A stretch of 53,004 bases of DNA. It comes from a virus. Lineage: Duplodnaviria; Caudoviricetes. Shown piece by piece: positions 42,215-51,601 of this stretch (the first letter of the stretch is position 1; the number at the start of each line of letters is the position of its first letter). The notes below the pieces were generated by a model. It saw only the letters and a program-made list of their open reading frames with translations, made no database searches and was not told the origin of the DNA. The translations under genes were made by a program, and so were the position numbers. The stretch spans positions 1 through 53,004 of the IMG/VR virus record IMGVR_UViG_3300030333_000934. One strand, given 5' to 3'.

Positions 42215-44076
42215 AAAAGATAGTCATATCTCTATTACGCAGAACAGATAGAAAAAAGAACTTTCACCTAAACAAATTAGACAATTTTGAATATATAGAA
42301 GCCATAGATGGTAAGAATATGCCAGACTGGGTATATCGTAAGTGTAGAGCAAGATCTGGATATAGAGATCCCTTCTTAGACAGGCCACTCTTAGAAGCTG
42401 ATGTAGCAGTTCGTTTATCTCATGCAAAAGCATGGGAAAAAGTCATAGAAGAAGGTAAACCCTGTATAGTGATGGAAGATGATGCTGTTATAAATGATCT
42501 ATGGAACGAGGAATATTACGAGGAAGTAATAAAGGACTACGACTTCTTATATCTACAAAAGAACGAAAATAACCCAGAAAAAGTTTACAAAATAGATCCC
42601 AAATTAGAAGTCCCACATTATCCATATAACATGACAGCTTATGTAATTAAGCCAGAAAGTGCGCGAATATTGCTCTCTAATATCGCCTACAACGACTTAA
42701 TTCCAATTGATGAATACTTACCAGAGCTTATACAAAATAATCGCTTAAATGCGATCTCTTTGATACAAGATAGTTGTAATCAAATGTCTAGAGAAAGTTG
42801 GAGTGGTAGTGATATTGAAAAGGATCCGAAGATCTACAGACCTTATAAAGTCCACCCTATTATTTGTGGGACTGATAGAAAGAAGTGTTTGCCTGTAACA
42901 ACTTCTGCTAGATTTTATGGTGTAGATCTACAGAATATTGGCAATAATGTAGAGTGGCTCGGAACAGATATGACTGGACCAGGTGGTGGTATGAAGATAA
43001 ATCTAGTCAAAGATTTTATTAAAGATCTACCAGATGAAGATGTAATACTGTTTACTGATGCTTATGATGTTTTCTATGCAGATGATTTAGATACTATCTT
43101 AGAAAGATACGAGGATTATCGTGATAATAATAATGCAAAAGTAGTCTTTTCTGCCGAAGATCAATGTTGGCCAGATGCTTCATTAGCAGATCGGTTTCCT
43201 AAGACCAAGACTAAATACAGATTTATTAATTCTGGGACTTATATTGGAGAAGTAGGAGAGTTAAAAAAGATCTTTGAACATGATAATTTAGAGCATGATG
43301 GAGATGATCAGTTATTCTTTCATTATGCTTATTTAGAAGGCGACTACAGTATGTTCTTAGACGAGGAGTGCTATATATTCCAAACGCATGATACAGCTGT
43401 AGGACAGCTTGGGAAACAGCTTCATAACCCAATAACTAACTGTTGTCCTTGTATCTATCATGGTAATGGTGGAATAGACGCAAAAGAGAAATTTTTAGAT
43501 CTTTATTACAAATTCTTCCCTACACAATCAGCATTATTTATTCCACACAGAAATTATGAGATCTTAGACCGAGATATGCTTCTTGTAGATTTTATGACAC
43601 AAGAACAATGTGAAAGATTAATAGATATTGCAGATAATAATGGTGCTTGGGGATCTTTAGATTACGATAAATTCCCTGCACAAGAAATAAGAATGAGAGA
43701 ACTTGGATTATGGGAACAGTTAGAAGAACATTGGAACACTTATATTGTGCCTACAGTAGAGCAGTATTGGAAGCCAATCTTAATGTATGGCCTAAGAGAT
43801 GGATTTGTTATGCGATATGCCCTAGATACACAGGTCAGCTTAAATCTACACCATGACGCAAGCCTAGTTACAGGATCAGTAAAGTTAAATGAGGACTATA
43901 CAGGGGCAGAGTTAATCTATCCAAGACAGGGTATAACCAATAAAGATATTCCTGTAGGAAAAATGTTGTTATTTCCGGGTGCAGTTACGCATGGACACGA
44001 ATGTTTACCATTAAAAAGTGGTGTTAAATACAGCTTAACCATTTGGAGTTGTCGCTATCCGAATGATACAATTTGA
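42211..44076 (+). CDS. Three-domain protein: GT25 glycosyltransferase + PLOD-type glycosyltransferase + lysyl-hydroxylase-like 2OG-Fe(II) oxygenase
   Basis: GT25: ISL.RR.DR, AIDG, YRDP...RPL, LSH, EDDA, P.DEYLP. PLOD-GT: GGGMK, FTDAYDV, FSAE..CWP, RFINSG.YIG, DDQLF, HGNG. LH: FV.RY...Q..L..HHDAS, LN.DY.G, LFPG..THGHE.LP. Confidence 0.88.
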   Translation: MKKIVISLLRRTDRKKNFHLNKLDNFEYIEAIDGKNMPDWVYRKCRARSGYRDPFLDRPLLEADVAVRLSHAKAWEKVIEEGKPCIVMEDDAVINDLWNEEYYEEVIKDYDFLYLQKNENNPEKVYKIDPKLEVPHYPYNMTAYVIKPESARILLSNIAYNDLIPIDEYLPELIQNNRLNAISLIQDSCNQMSRESWSGSDIEKDPKIYRPYKVHPIICGTDRKKCLPVTTSARFYGVDLQNIGNNVEWLGTDMTGPGGGMKINLVKDFIKDLPDEDVILFTDAYDVFYADDLDTILERYEDYRDNNNAKVVFSAEDQCWPDASLADRFPKTKTKYRFINSGTYIGEVGELKKIFEHDNLEHDGDDQLFFHYAYLEGDYSMFLDEECYIFQTHDTAVGQLGKQLHNPITNCCPCIYHGNGGIDAKEKFLDLYYKFFPTQSALFIPHRNYEILDRDMLLVDFMTQEQCERLIDIADNNGAWGSLDYDKFPAQEIRMRELGLWEQLEEHWNTYIVPTVEQYWKPILMYGLRDGFVMRYALDTQVSLNLHHDASLVTGSVKLNEDYTGAELIYPRQGITNKDIPVGKMLLFPGAVTHGHECLPLKSGVKYSLTIWSCRYPNDTI

Positions 44077-44079
44077 ATT

Positions 44080-44817
44080 ATGGCTTACAGTTGCAAATTT
44101 ATAAATCTATCAGAGTATGATGCTCTTGTAGAACAAGGTATTGTTAGAGAAATGGTATTAGCTTCATCTAAGGCATTAGATATAACTAAAAACTACGATT
44201 ATAGAGAAGCAGAATACAAAGATTACAAGACAACTACTCAATACACACCATCAGAAATAGCTGCACTTACAGAGGATCAGAAAGTAAGTCATTGGGAAAT
44301 ACAGTTAAGTGCTTATGCAGAGGACAATAATATAAATGCTACTGATAAGGCAAAGAAAAAAAAGTATCTTTTACAATGTAGCGAGGGATCTAAAATATTA
44401 ACTTTGACAGGTGTTTATTATGATACAGATGAAAAGAGCTTTAATATCTGTATTGGTATAGGTTTAAATGATGCTAATGATAGTAGAGCCTATTACTTTT
44501 CAGAAGCATATAATAAAAAAAGAGTAGCTTTAGCTAAAACTCTAGGTGCGACCAAGCAGGTCGGTTGGTTATTTCCAGATAGTGGATTAAAAGATACATT
44601 AGCAGGATCTCGTAATGGAATGACTTATAACCAATTACACAGTGTTTTTAAATACGATACTATCCAAGTGGAAAATATCAGTATGCAATATAAGTATGTT
44701 ATGCCAGAGCATAAGAGTTTACCTACCCAAGATGGTGGTGGAGAGGAAACGATTGCAGAGCATACAGTCCATGACTATACTGTAGAACTGATAAAACACA
44801 CGATAGATTATGTCTAA
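44080..44817 (+). CDS. Hypothetical protein
   Basis: 245-aa ORF in the same operon; no family recognised. Confidence 0.65.
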   Translation: MAYSCKFINLSEYDALVEQGIVREMVLASSKALDITKNYDYREAEYKDYKTTTQYTPSEIAALTEDQKVSHWEIQLSAYAEDNNINATDKAKKKKYLLQCSEGSKILTLTGVYYDTDEKSFNICIGIGLNDANDSRAYYFSEAYNKKRVALAKTLGATKQVGWLFPDSGLKDTLAGSRNGMTYNQLHSVFKYDTIQVENISMQYKYVMPEHKSLPTQDGGGEETIAEHTVHDYTVELIKHTIDYV

Positions 44818-45511
44818 ATTATCAAATACGAACATAAGTTGGGACGGGATAGGAGATGTTTTTGAAAATCATGGAACATCTGGTGTAAGATCTGGTGCTT
44901 ATATTGTTGGAGGGGGTAATGGAGAATTACAGGATCGTTCCCCAAGATCTGGTGGTAGTGCAAAAGGATCTGTAAGTGCAAATACATTTAGCGCAGATGA
45001 TTTTAAAGGGGCATTTAGGGTTGTGCCTGGTCACCAAACATACACAACAGGATCATCTAAAGGACAAGTTAATAACGCAATCTTCGGTTGGGGAACAGCA
45101 GGGGGTGTTCAAGCTGCAACTAGTGGATCAGTAACAACAGCACAAGGAACTCTTTTTGATGGAACAGATGCTTATACTACATCTGCAAAACCACTTTCAG
45201 AGTTAGGATCACAATTTAATTCAAATAAGTGGCTTAGTTTTATTGGTTATCATGCAGTCGGATTTACTTTTACTGGAATTATAGTGTTTGAAGGATCAGG
45301 AGCAGGTACAGGAGATACGGATTGGACTTCTATAACCTATGCTATTGATGGAACTTCTGGTGGTGCTGAGAATGGATCTGTAGGCACACAGCTAACAAGG
45401 TCTGGTAATTTTACAATGTCTAGTGGATATAGCCGAGTAATATGTTCTTCTTCTGCAATACTAGGATCATCAGCTATATTGGGATATAACACTTGGTATT
45501 GTCTGCGCTAG
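44810..45511 (+). CDS. Gly/Ser/Thr-rich structural protein, possible fibre-tip adhesin
   Basis: N-terminal ISW..I..VF...Y..GG...S..DF.G pattern; Gly-rich and aromatic. Confidence 0.5.
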   Translation: MSKLSNTNISWDGIGDVFENHGTSGVRSGAYIVGGGNGELQDRSPRSGGSAKGSVSANTFSADDFKGAFRVVPGHQTYTTGSSKGQVNNAIFGWGTAGGVQAATSGSVTTAQGTLFDGTDAYTTSAKPLSELGSQFNSNKWLSFIGYHAVGFTFTGIIVFEGSGAGTGDTDWTSITYAIDGTSGGAENGSVGTQLTRSGNFTMSSGYSRVICSSSAILGSSAILGYNTWYCLR

Positions 45512-45569
45512 ATCTTGTATTTGACTATAAGTACAAGAAAAGGGAAAATAAATCAATACAGGAGTAGAT

Positions 45570-45833
45570 ATGGTAGAAGAAACAAAGCCAGAAGGCCAAA
45601 AGAAATATAAATATCAGAGTAATGATGGAAAGGAAACTCTGTATGAATATAAAGATATGTCGCCTATTGGTCAAGAAGTCTTTAGAAGATTACAGAATTG
45701 CGAAATTAATAGAATAAGTATTAACGAAGCAGTTGATAATAACGAAATCCTACAAGCTCATTACCGAAATATTTTACATAAGGAACTTGGAATAGAAGAT
45801 GAGCAAAGCAAGCCAGAAGGAGATCCGAAGTAG
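45570..45833 (+). CDS. Hypothetical protein
   Basis: SD AGGAG; 87 aa. Confidence 0.6.
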   Translation: MVEETKPEGQKKYKYQSNDGKETLYEYKDMSPIGQEVFRRLQNCEINRISINEAVDNNEILQAHYRNILHKELGIEDEQSKPEGDPK

Positions 45834-45987
45834 CTTAGAACAGCACGAAGAAATATGTGCATTAAGATATAAGGCTATAGAAGATCGCTTAGAAGCAGGA
45901 TCTAAGAGATTTATAAGAATGGAAGGCATGATTATTGGCCTTTATGTTTTGATTATCGGCACCCAAATTCTTGGAGCAATATTATGA
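45799..45987 (+). CDS. Small coiled-coil protein with C-terminal TM (XhlA-like)
   Basis: HEEICALRY..I..RL..G.KRF then a hydrophobic helix. Confidence 0.6.
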   Translation: MSKASQKEIRSSLEQHEEICALRYKAIEDRLEAGSKRFIRMEGMIIGLYVLIIGTQILGAIL

Positions 45988-46646
45988 GTGGTTTGATAAT
46001 TACAACAGAGCCGACACAAGAGCCAGTAACTCTACAGGAAGTCAAAGAATATCTAAGGGTTGAAGATAATACAGATGAAAGAAATCTACGACCACTAATA
46101 GAAACAGCAAGAAGATTTGCTGAGGAACACATGAGCAGAACACTCATGTCCACAACTTATACACAATATCTAGATAGTGTTGATGAATTAGAAGATCCTT
46201 TATGGGAAGGTGTAAGGACAGGACCATATCTAAATTTTTACAAAAACTATATACAACTAGCGAAAGCACCTGTTATATCTGTTGCTCATGTTAAGACTTA
46301 TGACGATAGCGATAATGCTACAACTATGTCTAGTTCTAAATACTATGTAGATAACGCAGGAGAGCCTGCAAGATTAGTTCTTAGAACAGGGGAAACTTGG
46401 CCTAGTGCTTTAAGAGTAGCTAATGCAATAGAGATACAGTTTTCAGCAGGTTATTCATCTGCATATTCTATTCCAGAGCCAATAAGAATGGGTATATTGC
46501 AACATATAGCATTTCTATATGAGCAAAGGGGCGATAATTTAGAGTATCAATCAGCAAATCAATTCCCCTTAATGATTAAATCTCTATATGCCCCTTATGT
46601 CATTCATAAAGGTTTGGGATCTTCTACATTAATGGCTCTCGGTTAG
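45984..46646 (+). CDS. Head-tail connector (gp6-like adaptor)
   Basis: EPVTL.EVK.YLRV, I.F.AGY, IPE.I..GIL..IA.LYE.RG. Confidence 0.9.
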   Translation: MSGLIITTEPTQEPVTLQEVKEYLRVEDNTDERNLRPLIETARRFAEEHMSRTLMSTTYTQYLDSVDELEDPLWEGVRTGPYLNFYKNYIQLAKAPVISVAHVKTYDDSDNATTMSSSKYYVDNAGEPARLVLRTGETWPSALRVANAIEIQFSAGYSSAYSIPEPIRMGILQHIAFLYEQRGDNLEYQSANQFPLMIKSLYAPYVIHKGLGSSTLMALG

Positions 46647-46649
46647 ATT

Positions 46650-46994
46650 ATGGCAGGGCATGTTTTACAGAACATAGGCAAATTAAAATTCCTAGTTGAA
46701 CTACAATCAGCAACAACTACGAGTGATGGCGCAGGTGGAGTAACAGAAGCATACTCAAAGATCGCTGATATATGGTGCGATATACAGCCGATTTCAGCTA
46801 TAGAGGAGTATAGGCAAGGGAAACTCAAAGAAAAGGTCACACACAAGCTAATAATGCGTTATAGAAGCGATATTAACACCTCATATAAGATAGTTTATGG
46901 ATCTAGAGAGTTCAATATACGAGGTATTTTAGATCTTGGAAATCGCAATAGATTTTTAGAAGTAAAAGTAGAGGAAGGTGTTGCACATGGCTAA
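46650..46994 (+). CDS. Head closure protein (SPP1 gp16-like)
   Basis: DGAGG, W..I.P, TH...MRYR, FNI. Confidence 0.88.
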   Translation: MAGHVLQNIGKLKFLVELQSATTTSDGAGGVTEAYSKIADIWCDIQPISAIEEYRQGKLKEKVTHKLIMRYRSDINTSYKIVYGSREFNIRGILDLGNRNRFLEVKVEEGVAHG

Positions 46995-47448
46995 GAAAAG
47001 CAGAAAAGGAGATCTAGCAGATATAGAAAAAATAATCAGAGAAAGACTAGGTAATGTTAAAAACAATGTTGTAAGAGCAACAGCAAGGTCAACCCAAGTA
47101 GTTCTAAAAGAAGCTGTAGATAGGATTTCATCTGGTGGAAGATCTGGAAGGCAATATGTTAAAAAAAGTGGAGTAATACATACTGCTTCTGCACCCGGCG
47201 AATATCCAAAAACAGATACAGGAGAATTAATTAGATCTATATTTACAAACATAGAAACTAAGGGATCTGTAGTTGTAGGACAAATTATTTGCGATGCTGA
47301 ACATGGTGCGCCATTAGAGTTTGGAACAATGCACATGGATCCCAGACCATTTATGCAACCGAGCCTTGATAGTAAATCTGGGGAAATATATCAGATCTTT
47401 GCACAAGAAGGTTATTTAAAAACAACTAGAGGTGGAGGAGTTAATTAA
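46987..47448 (+). CDS. HK97 gp10-like neck protein
   Basis: H.ASAPGE.P.TDTG.L..SI, LEFGT..M.PRPFM.P. Confidence 0.88.
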   Translation: MAKKSRKGDLADIEKIIRERLGNVKNNVVRATARSTQVVLKEAVDRISSGGRSGRQYVKKSGVIHTASAPGEYPKTDTGELIRSIFTNIETKGSVVVGQIICDAEHGAPLEFGTMHMDPRPFMQPSLDSKSGEIYQIFAQEGYLKTTRGGGVN

Positions 47449-47849
47449 TGGCTATAGGTCAATTCGCTTTTCAGCAAACTATATTTACTGCTCTATCTAA
47501 TGACAATACATTAACATCTACTTATGGAGCAACTATCGTAGATGAAGTAACGAGTTCTACTAGCTACCCATTCGTCACTATAGGAGAAGAAACTACAAGT
47601 GATTTCTCTACTAAGACAGAAGAAGGTGGCCAAGTTACTATCAATATCCACATTTGGTCGGATTACAAAGGTAGTAAGGAATGCAAACAAATCATGGACA
47701 AAATACATGATCTATTGCATGATAGTAGTCTGAGTGTTAGTGGATATAATCTCATAAATTGTAGATTTGAATTTTCTGACATTCTAAAAGACCCAGATGG
47801 GATAACTAGGCACGGAGTTATGAGATTTCGTGCAGTTTTATTAGGATAA
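47448..47849 (+). CDS. Tail completion/terminator protein (DUF3168-like)
   Basis: YPFVTIG, IHIWS, DG.TRHGV.RFR. Confidence 0.88.
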   Translation: MAIGQFAFQQTIFTALSNDNTLTSTYGATIVDEVTSSTSYPFVTIGEETTSDFSTKTEEGGQVTINIHIWSDYKGSKECKQIMDKIHDLLHDSSLSVSGYNLINCRFEFSDILKDPDGITRHGVMRFRAVLLG

Positions 47850-47874
47850 TTTTTATAGAAAAATAGGAGAAAAT

Positions 47875-48288
47875 ATGGCAGCACAAAAAGGAGCCGCACT
47901 TTTATTAAAAGTAGGAAATGGTGGAAGTCCAGAAACTTTTACCACAGTCGCAGGACTGCGTTCTACATCTATAACTCTTAATGATGAAGCAGTAGATGTA
48001 ACCAACAAGGATAGTTCTGGTAACAGAACACTATTACCTGATGGGGGCATTAACTCAATATCTGTTTCTGGATCTGGTGTTTTTACCGACCATGCTACAG
48101 AAGCGACTTTAAGAGCAACGATGAACGCATCTTCTTTTACAAACTTCCAAATTTTAGTCCCAGATTTCGGCACTTATACAGGAGCATTTATGTGTAGTTC
48201 GTTAGAATATGCAGGCGAGTATAATGGCGAAGTAACATATTCTGTTACTTTAGAGAGTTCTGGTGCTATAACCTTTGCTACAGTTTAA
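47875..48288 (+). CDS. Major tail tube protein (TP901-1/GTA type)
   Basis: MAAQKG..LLLK, VDVT.KDS, SVSGSGVF, LEY.G..NGE.TYS..LESSG. Confidence 0.92.
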   Translation: MAAQKGAALLLKVGNGGSPETFTTVAGLRSTSITLNDEAVDVTNKDSSGNRTLLPDGGINSISVSGSGVFTDHATEATLRATMNASSFTNFQILVPDFGTYTGAFMCSSLEYAGEYNGEVTYSVTLESSGAITFATV

Positions 48289-48296
48289 GGATAACG

Positions 48297-48557
48297 ATGG
48301 CTTGGGAAATTTGTGAAGTTAGTCTAGGTGGAAAGACTAAACATTCTGCACAAGCAGATGGGAGTATTATTTTTATTCCCTATGTTAAAGGAATGAAAGT
48401 CGGAGAAACTATATCTGTAAATGGTAAGGCAAAAGAAGTTGATTCTTGGGAGTTGGATCCCAGAGAAGAAGCTATAACAATTAAACTCGCAATGGCGAGT
48501 AAGGAAGCGAAAGCTGAGGAGAAGTCAGATGGCAAACAAGTTAAAGGGCCAAGTTAA
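48297..48557 (+). CDS. Hypothetical protein
   Basis: 86-aa ORF between the tail tube and chaperone genes. Confidence 0.6.
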   Translation: MAWEICEVSLGGKTKHSAQADGSIIFIPYVKGMKVGETISVNGKAKEVDSWELDPREEAITIKLAMASKEAKAEEKSDGKQVKGPS

Positions 48558-48879
48558 GTTACAGTTAGGATCTAAAGAATATACAGCTAGACTAACTATA
48601 GACGCAATAATCAATATTGAAGATAGCCTTAATATGGGTATCGTCAAGATTGCTACTAGAATGTCGGAAGGCGATGTGAGAATGTCGCAAGTAGTATCTA
48701 TCCTAACCCCTGCACTAAGGGGTGGTGGAAATGATGTACAGCCGAAAGATGTAATTAAATTAATTTCAGAAGTTGGGATAGTTCCTGCAACTGCAGCAGT
48801 AGCGCAGTTACTTATGGAAGTATTAACACACCAACAGTCAGAGGACAGCGAAGAAAAAAAGCCAAAAAAGGAAGAATAA
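48529..48879 (+). CDS. Tail assembly chaperone (G-like)
   Basis: MAN..KG.V...LT..A...IE; ends with A AAA AAG slippery sites. Confidence 0.82.
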   Translation: MANKLKGQVKLQLGSKEYTARLTIDAIINIEDSLNMGIVKIATRMSEGDVRMSQVVSILTPALRGGGNDVQPKDVIKLISEVGIVPATAAVAQLLMEVLTHQQSEDSEEKKPKKEE

Positions 48880-49079
48880 CAAGTGATTTTCTTCCTATAC
48901 AGAGATATATGCAAATCTGCATAGGAATGATCGGTTGGCAACCTTCCGAATTCTGGAACGCATCTACACAAGAGGTTTGGTCGGCTATTGATGGATTTGC
49001 CGAGTTCAATGGCGATGGTAAAGAAAAACCTATGGATCGTGATGAACTAGAAGAAATGATGGAGTTATACCCAGACTAA
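48870..49079 (+). CDS. Tail assembly chaperone T-like frame (-1 frameshift extension, or ATG 48909); absent from ORF track
   Basis: ...MQICIGMIGWQPSEFWNASTQE...RDELEEMMELYPD; stop coupled to the tape measure ATG. Confidence 0.8.
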   Translation, partial: GRITSDFLPIQRYMQICIGMIGWQPSEFWNASTQEVWSAIDGFAEFNGDGKEKPMDRDELEEMMELYPD

Positions 49080-51598
49080 TGGCTAAAACAGTAGATCAGT
49101 TACTTATAGAGATTAAAGCTGAAACAAGTCAGCTACAAAAGGATCTTAAACAAGTAAAAGCAAAACTTGGCGAAAGTAATAAAGAAGCCAAGAAATTCAA
49201 ACTAAATATGCGTGCAGTAGCTACAGCACTTGCAAGTATAGGTGCAGGGGTAGCTATAAAAGGTATCGTAGATACTACAAGAAAGTTTGAAGATCTAAAT
49301 GCAACTCTAAAAGCTATTACAGGATCTGCTGATACTGCAGCACTTTCTTTTGATGTAATCCGACAATTTACATCTAAAACAACATTCCAATTAGATAATG
49401 TCGCCCAAGCATTTATAACACTATTACAGGCAGGTATTGTTCCTACAGAAGATGCTCTTACAGATTTTGGTAATCTAGCTGCAGCTTTTGGTAAAGATAT
49501 ATCCCTAGTAGCACAGGCAACATTCCGAGCCATAACAGGCGAAATGGAGATGTTAAAGCAGTTTAATGTTATCGCAAGAATAGAAGGCGATAAGATAAAA
49601 ATGACCTTTGATGGAGTTACACAAGAGATAGATAGAAATGGTCGTTCAGTAGCCGATTATCTAAGAAATATTGCACAAATGAAATTCCCAACTGCTATTG
49701 CAGATAGAGCAAATACTCTTTCTGGTGCTTTTTCTAACCTTAGTGACGCATTTGCAGAATTTCAATTAGCTATTGGAGATCAGTTCAAGGGTGTTTTAAC
49801 TGAAATAGTTAAAGATATGACAGAATTGCTTTATGCAGCACAACCTTTGGCCCAAGTTATTGGGTACACTCTTAAATTTGCACTTATAGCAGTAGGTAAA
49901 CCACTATTATTTTTAATAGAAAACTTTAAATGGTGGATCGGTGCTTCACTTCCTTTGGTATTTATGGCACTTAGAGGTGCGGTTGTAGCACTTTCTTATG
50001 GTTTCTTCTTCGCCTATAGCAACTTATTAAAACTTAATACAGCTATGGCTACATTTAATGCTTTATCTAAGGCATCTAGGTTAAATGTTATTTTAGCTGC
50101 AATAGGTATTCTTGTTGTTCCACTAGCAGATCTTGTATTTGGATTTAGTGATTACAATGAAGAAGTTGAAGATACTATAGATATAAACGAACAATTAGCT
50201 GCAAGTTTAGAGAAGCCATTACCATTCTTACAACGACTAGGAGTAGGATTAAAAAGTGCATTAGCTACTATGCAACAGTTCGGTGTAGCAACTAAAACTA
50301 CCGACCAAGAGATAAGAGAATTAATGAATTTTGAAGGTGGGCCACTAGAAGCACTTAAACAATTAGAAAATGAATATATAGCAGGTCGTATTCAAGAAAT
50401 GAAGGGAAGTCAGCAAGGTCGTTCTGCACTTGGTTTAACTGACGAATACAGAATGGTAACTCCAGTAGGTGGTGGGCCACCAGAAATGCGATTTAGTGAT
50501 CGTATAGCAGATTTTGCTAAATACAAAGAAACTTACAAAGCATTAAGAGAAGAATTTTTTAGCACAGAATTTGATGGTGCTACAGAAGAAGAAGTATTAA
50601 GAAGAATTGGTCTAATGAGTTTAGGGGATCTAGACCCATTACTCCAAGATATAAGAAGCGCAATTACAGCTACATTTAGCGATACTGCACAGATAGAAAC
50701 GCTGTTAGAAGATCATAAACAAGGTGGGGCATTGCTGACTGATATGTATAACAACGCAGGAGGTGCTGCAGCATTTTATGGCAAGACTGTAGAGGAGATT
50801 GTGCCAATTCTTGGACAGATGCTTTTAGATCATAAAGATCTATCAGATACAGCTTCAAATATGCTAGACACTATAGCCAAATCCAAAGATCCTTTAAGAG
50901 ATCTCAAAAAGATTACAGACGATAATAAAGAATCATTTAGAGAATACTTTGATGAAATAAAAGAAAAATATCCAGAAATGTTTAGAGATTTTGAACATTT
51001 TGTTGAGGAATACAATATTGCGATGGATAAAATGGATAAGACTGCTGAGAAAACAAGCAAAACATTTAGTGGAGAACTTAAAGATGCTGTAGTTACTGCT
51101 TCTAACTCTTTTACTAACGAATTTGTAAGTTCTTTGCTAGAGGGGGAAAATGCTCTCCAAGCCTTTAGAGATTTTGCAAAGAATATAGTCAGTCAGATAA
51201 TATCTATCTTCTTACAAATGGCGATAGTAAATAAAATTATTAACCATGTTTTCAATTTGACAGGAGAAGATGCTCTAACCACTATAGATCTTAAAAAGAA
51301 ATCAGCAGGTGGTGGATCAGCATATCCAAATCAAGCTATGCTCGTAGGTGAAAGAGGTCCAGAATTATTTATCCCTCATACAGCAGGGAATATTGCTAAT
51401 GGTATGAATACTAGAAATATGCTTGGAGGTGGTACACCAATAGTTGTAAATCAATCTATTAATCTATCTACAGGTGTAGTAGGTACAGTAAGATCAGAAG
51501 TTATGAATATGATGCCCCAAATAGCAGAAGCAACAAAAGGAGCAGTAGCCGAATCTGCAAGAAGGGGTGGAACTTACAGAAAAGCATTTCAAGGATAG
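49079..51598 (+). CDS. Tape measure protein
   Basis: Long helical protein; TL.GA.SNL.D; C-terminal GG....LVGERGPELF.P. Confidence 0.92.
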   Translation: MAKTVDQLLIEIKAETSQLQKDLKQVKAKLGESNKEAKKFKLNMRAVATALASIGAGVAIKGIVDTTRKFEDLNATLKAITGSADTAALSFDVIRQFTSKTTFQLDNVAQAFITLLQAGIVPTEDALTDFGNLAAAFGKDISLVAQATFRAITGEMEMLKQFNVIARIEGDKIKMTFDGVTQEIDRNGRSVADYLRNIAQMKFPTAIADRANTLSGAFSNLSDAFAEFQLAIGDQFKGVLTEIVKDMTELLYAAQPLAQVIGYTLKFALIAVGKPLLFLIENFKWWIGASLPLVFMALRGAVVALSYGFFFAYSNLLKLNTAMATFNALSKASRLNVILAAIGILVVPLADLVFGFSDYNEEVEDTIDINEQLAASLEKPLPFLQRLGVGLKSALATMQQFGVATKTTDQEIRELMNFEGGPLEALKQLENEYIAGRIQEMKGSQQGRSALGLTDEYRMVTPVGGGPPEMRFSDRIADFAKYKETYKALREEFFSTEFDGATEEEVLRRIGLMSLGDLDPLLQDIRSAITATFSDTAQIETLLEDHKQGGALLTDMYNNAGGAAAFYGKTVEEIVPILGQMLLDHKDLSDTASNMLDTIAKSKDPLRDLKKITDDNKESFREYFDEIKEKYPEMFRDFEHFVEEYNIAMDKMDKTAEKTSKTFSGELKDAVVTASNSFTNEFVSSLLEGENALQAFRDFAKNIVSQIISIFLQMAIVNKIINHVFNLTGEDALTTIDLKKKSAGGGSAYPNQAMLVGERGPELFIPHTAGNIANGMNTRNMLGGGTPIVVNQSINLSTGVVGTVRSEVMNMMPQIAEATKGAVAESARRGGTYRKAFQG

Positions 51599-51601
51599 AT
51601 T

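Noticed and set aside
45513-45538. Hairpin TCTTGTATTT-GACTAT-AAGTACAAGA as a terminator
   Set aside because: AT-rich stem with no following U-tract; function unsupported.
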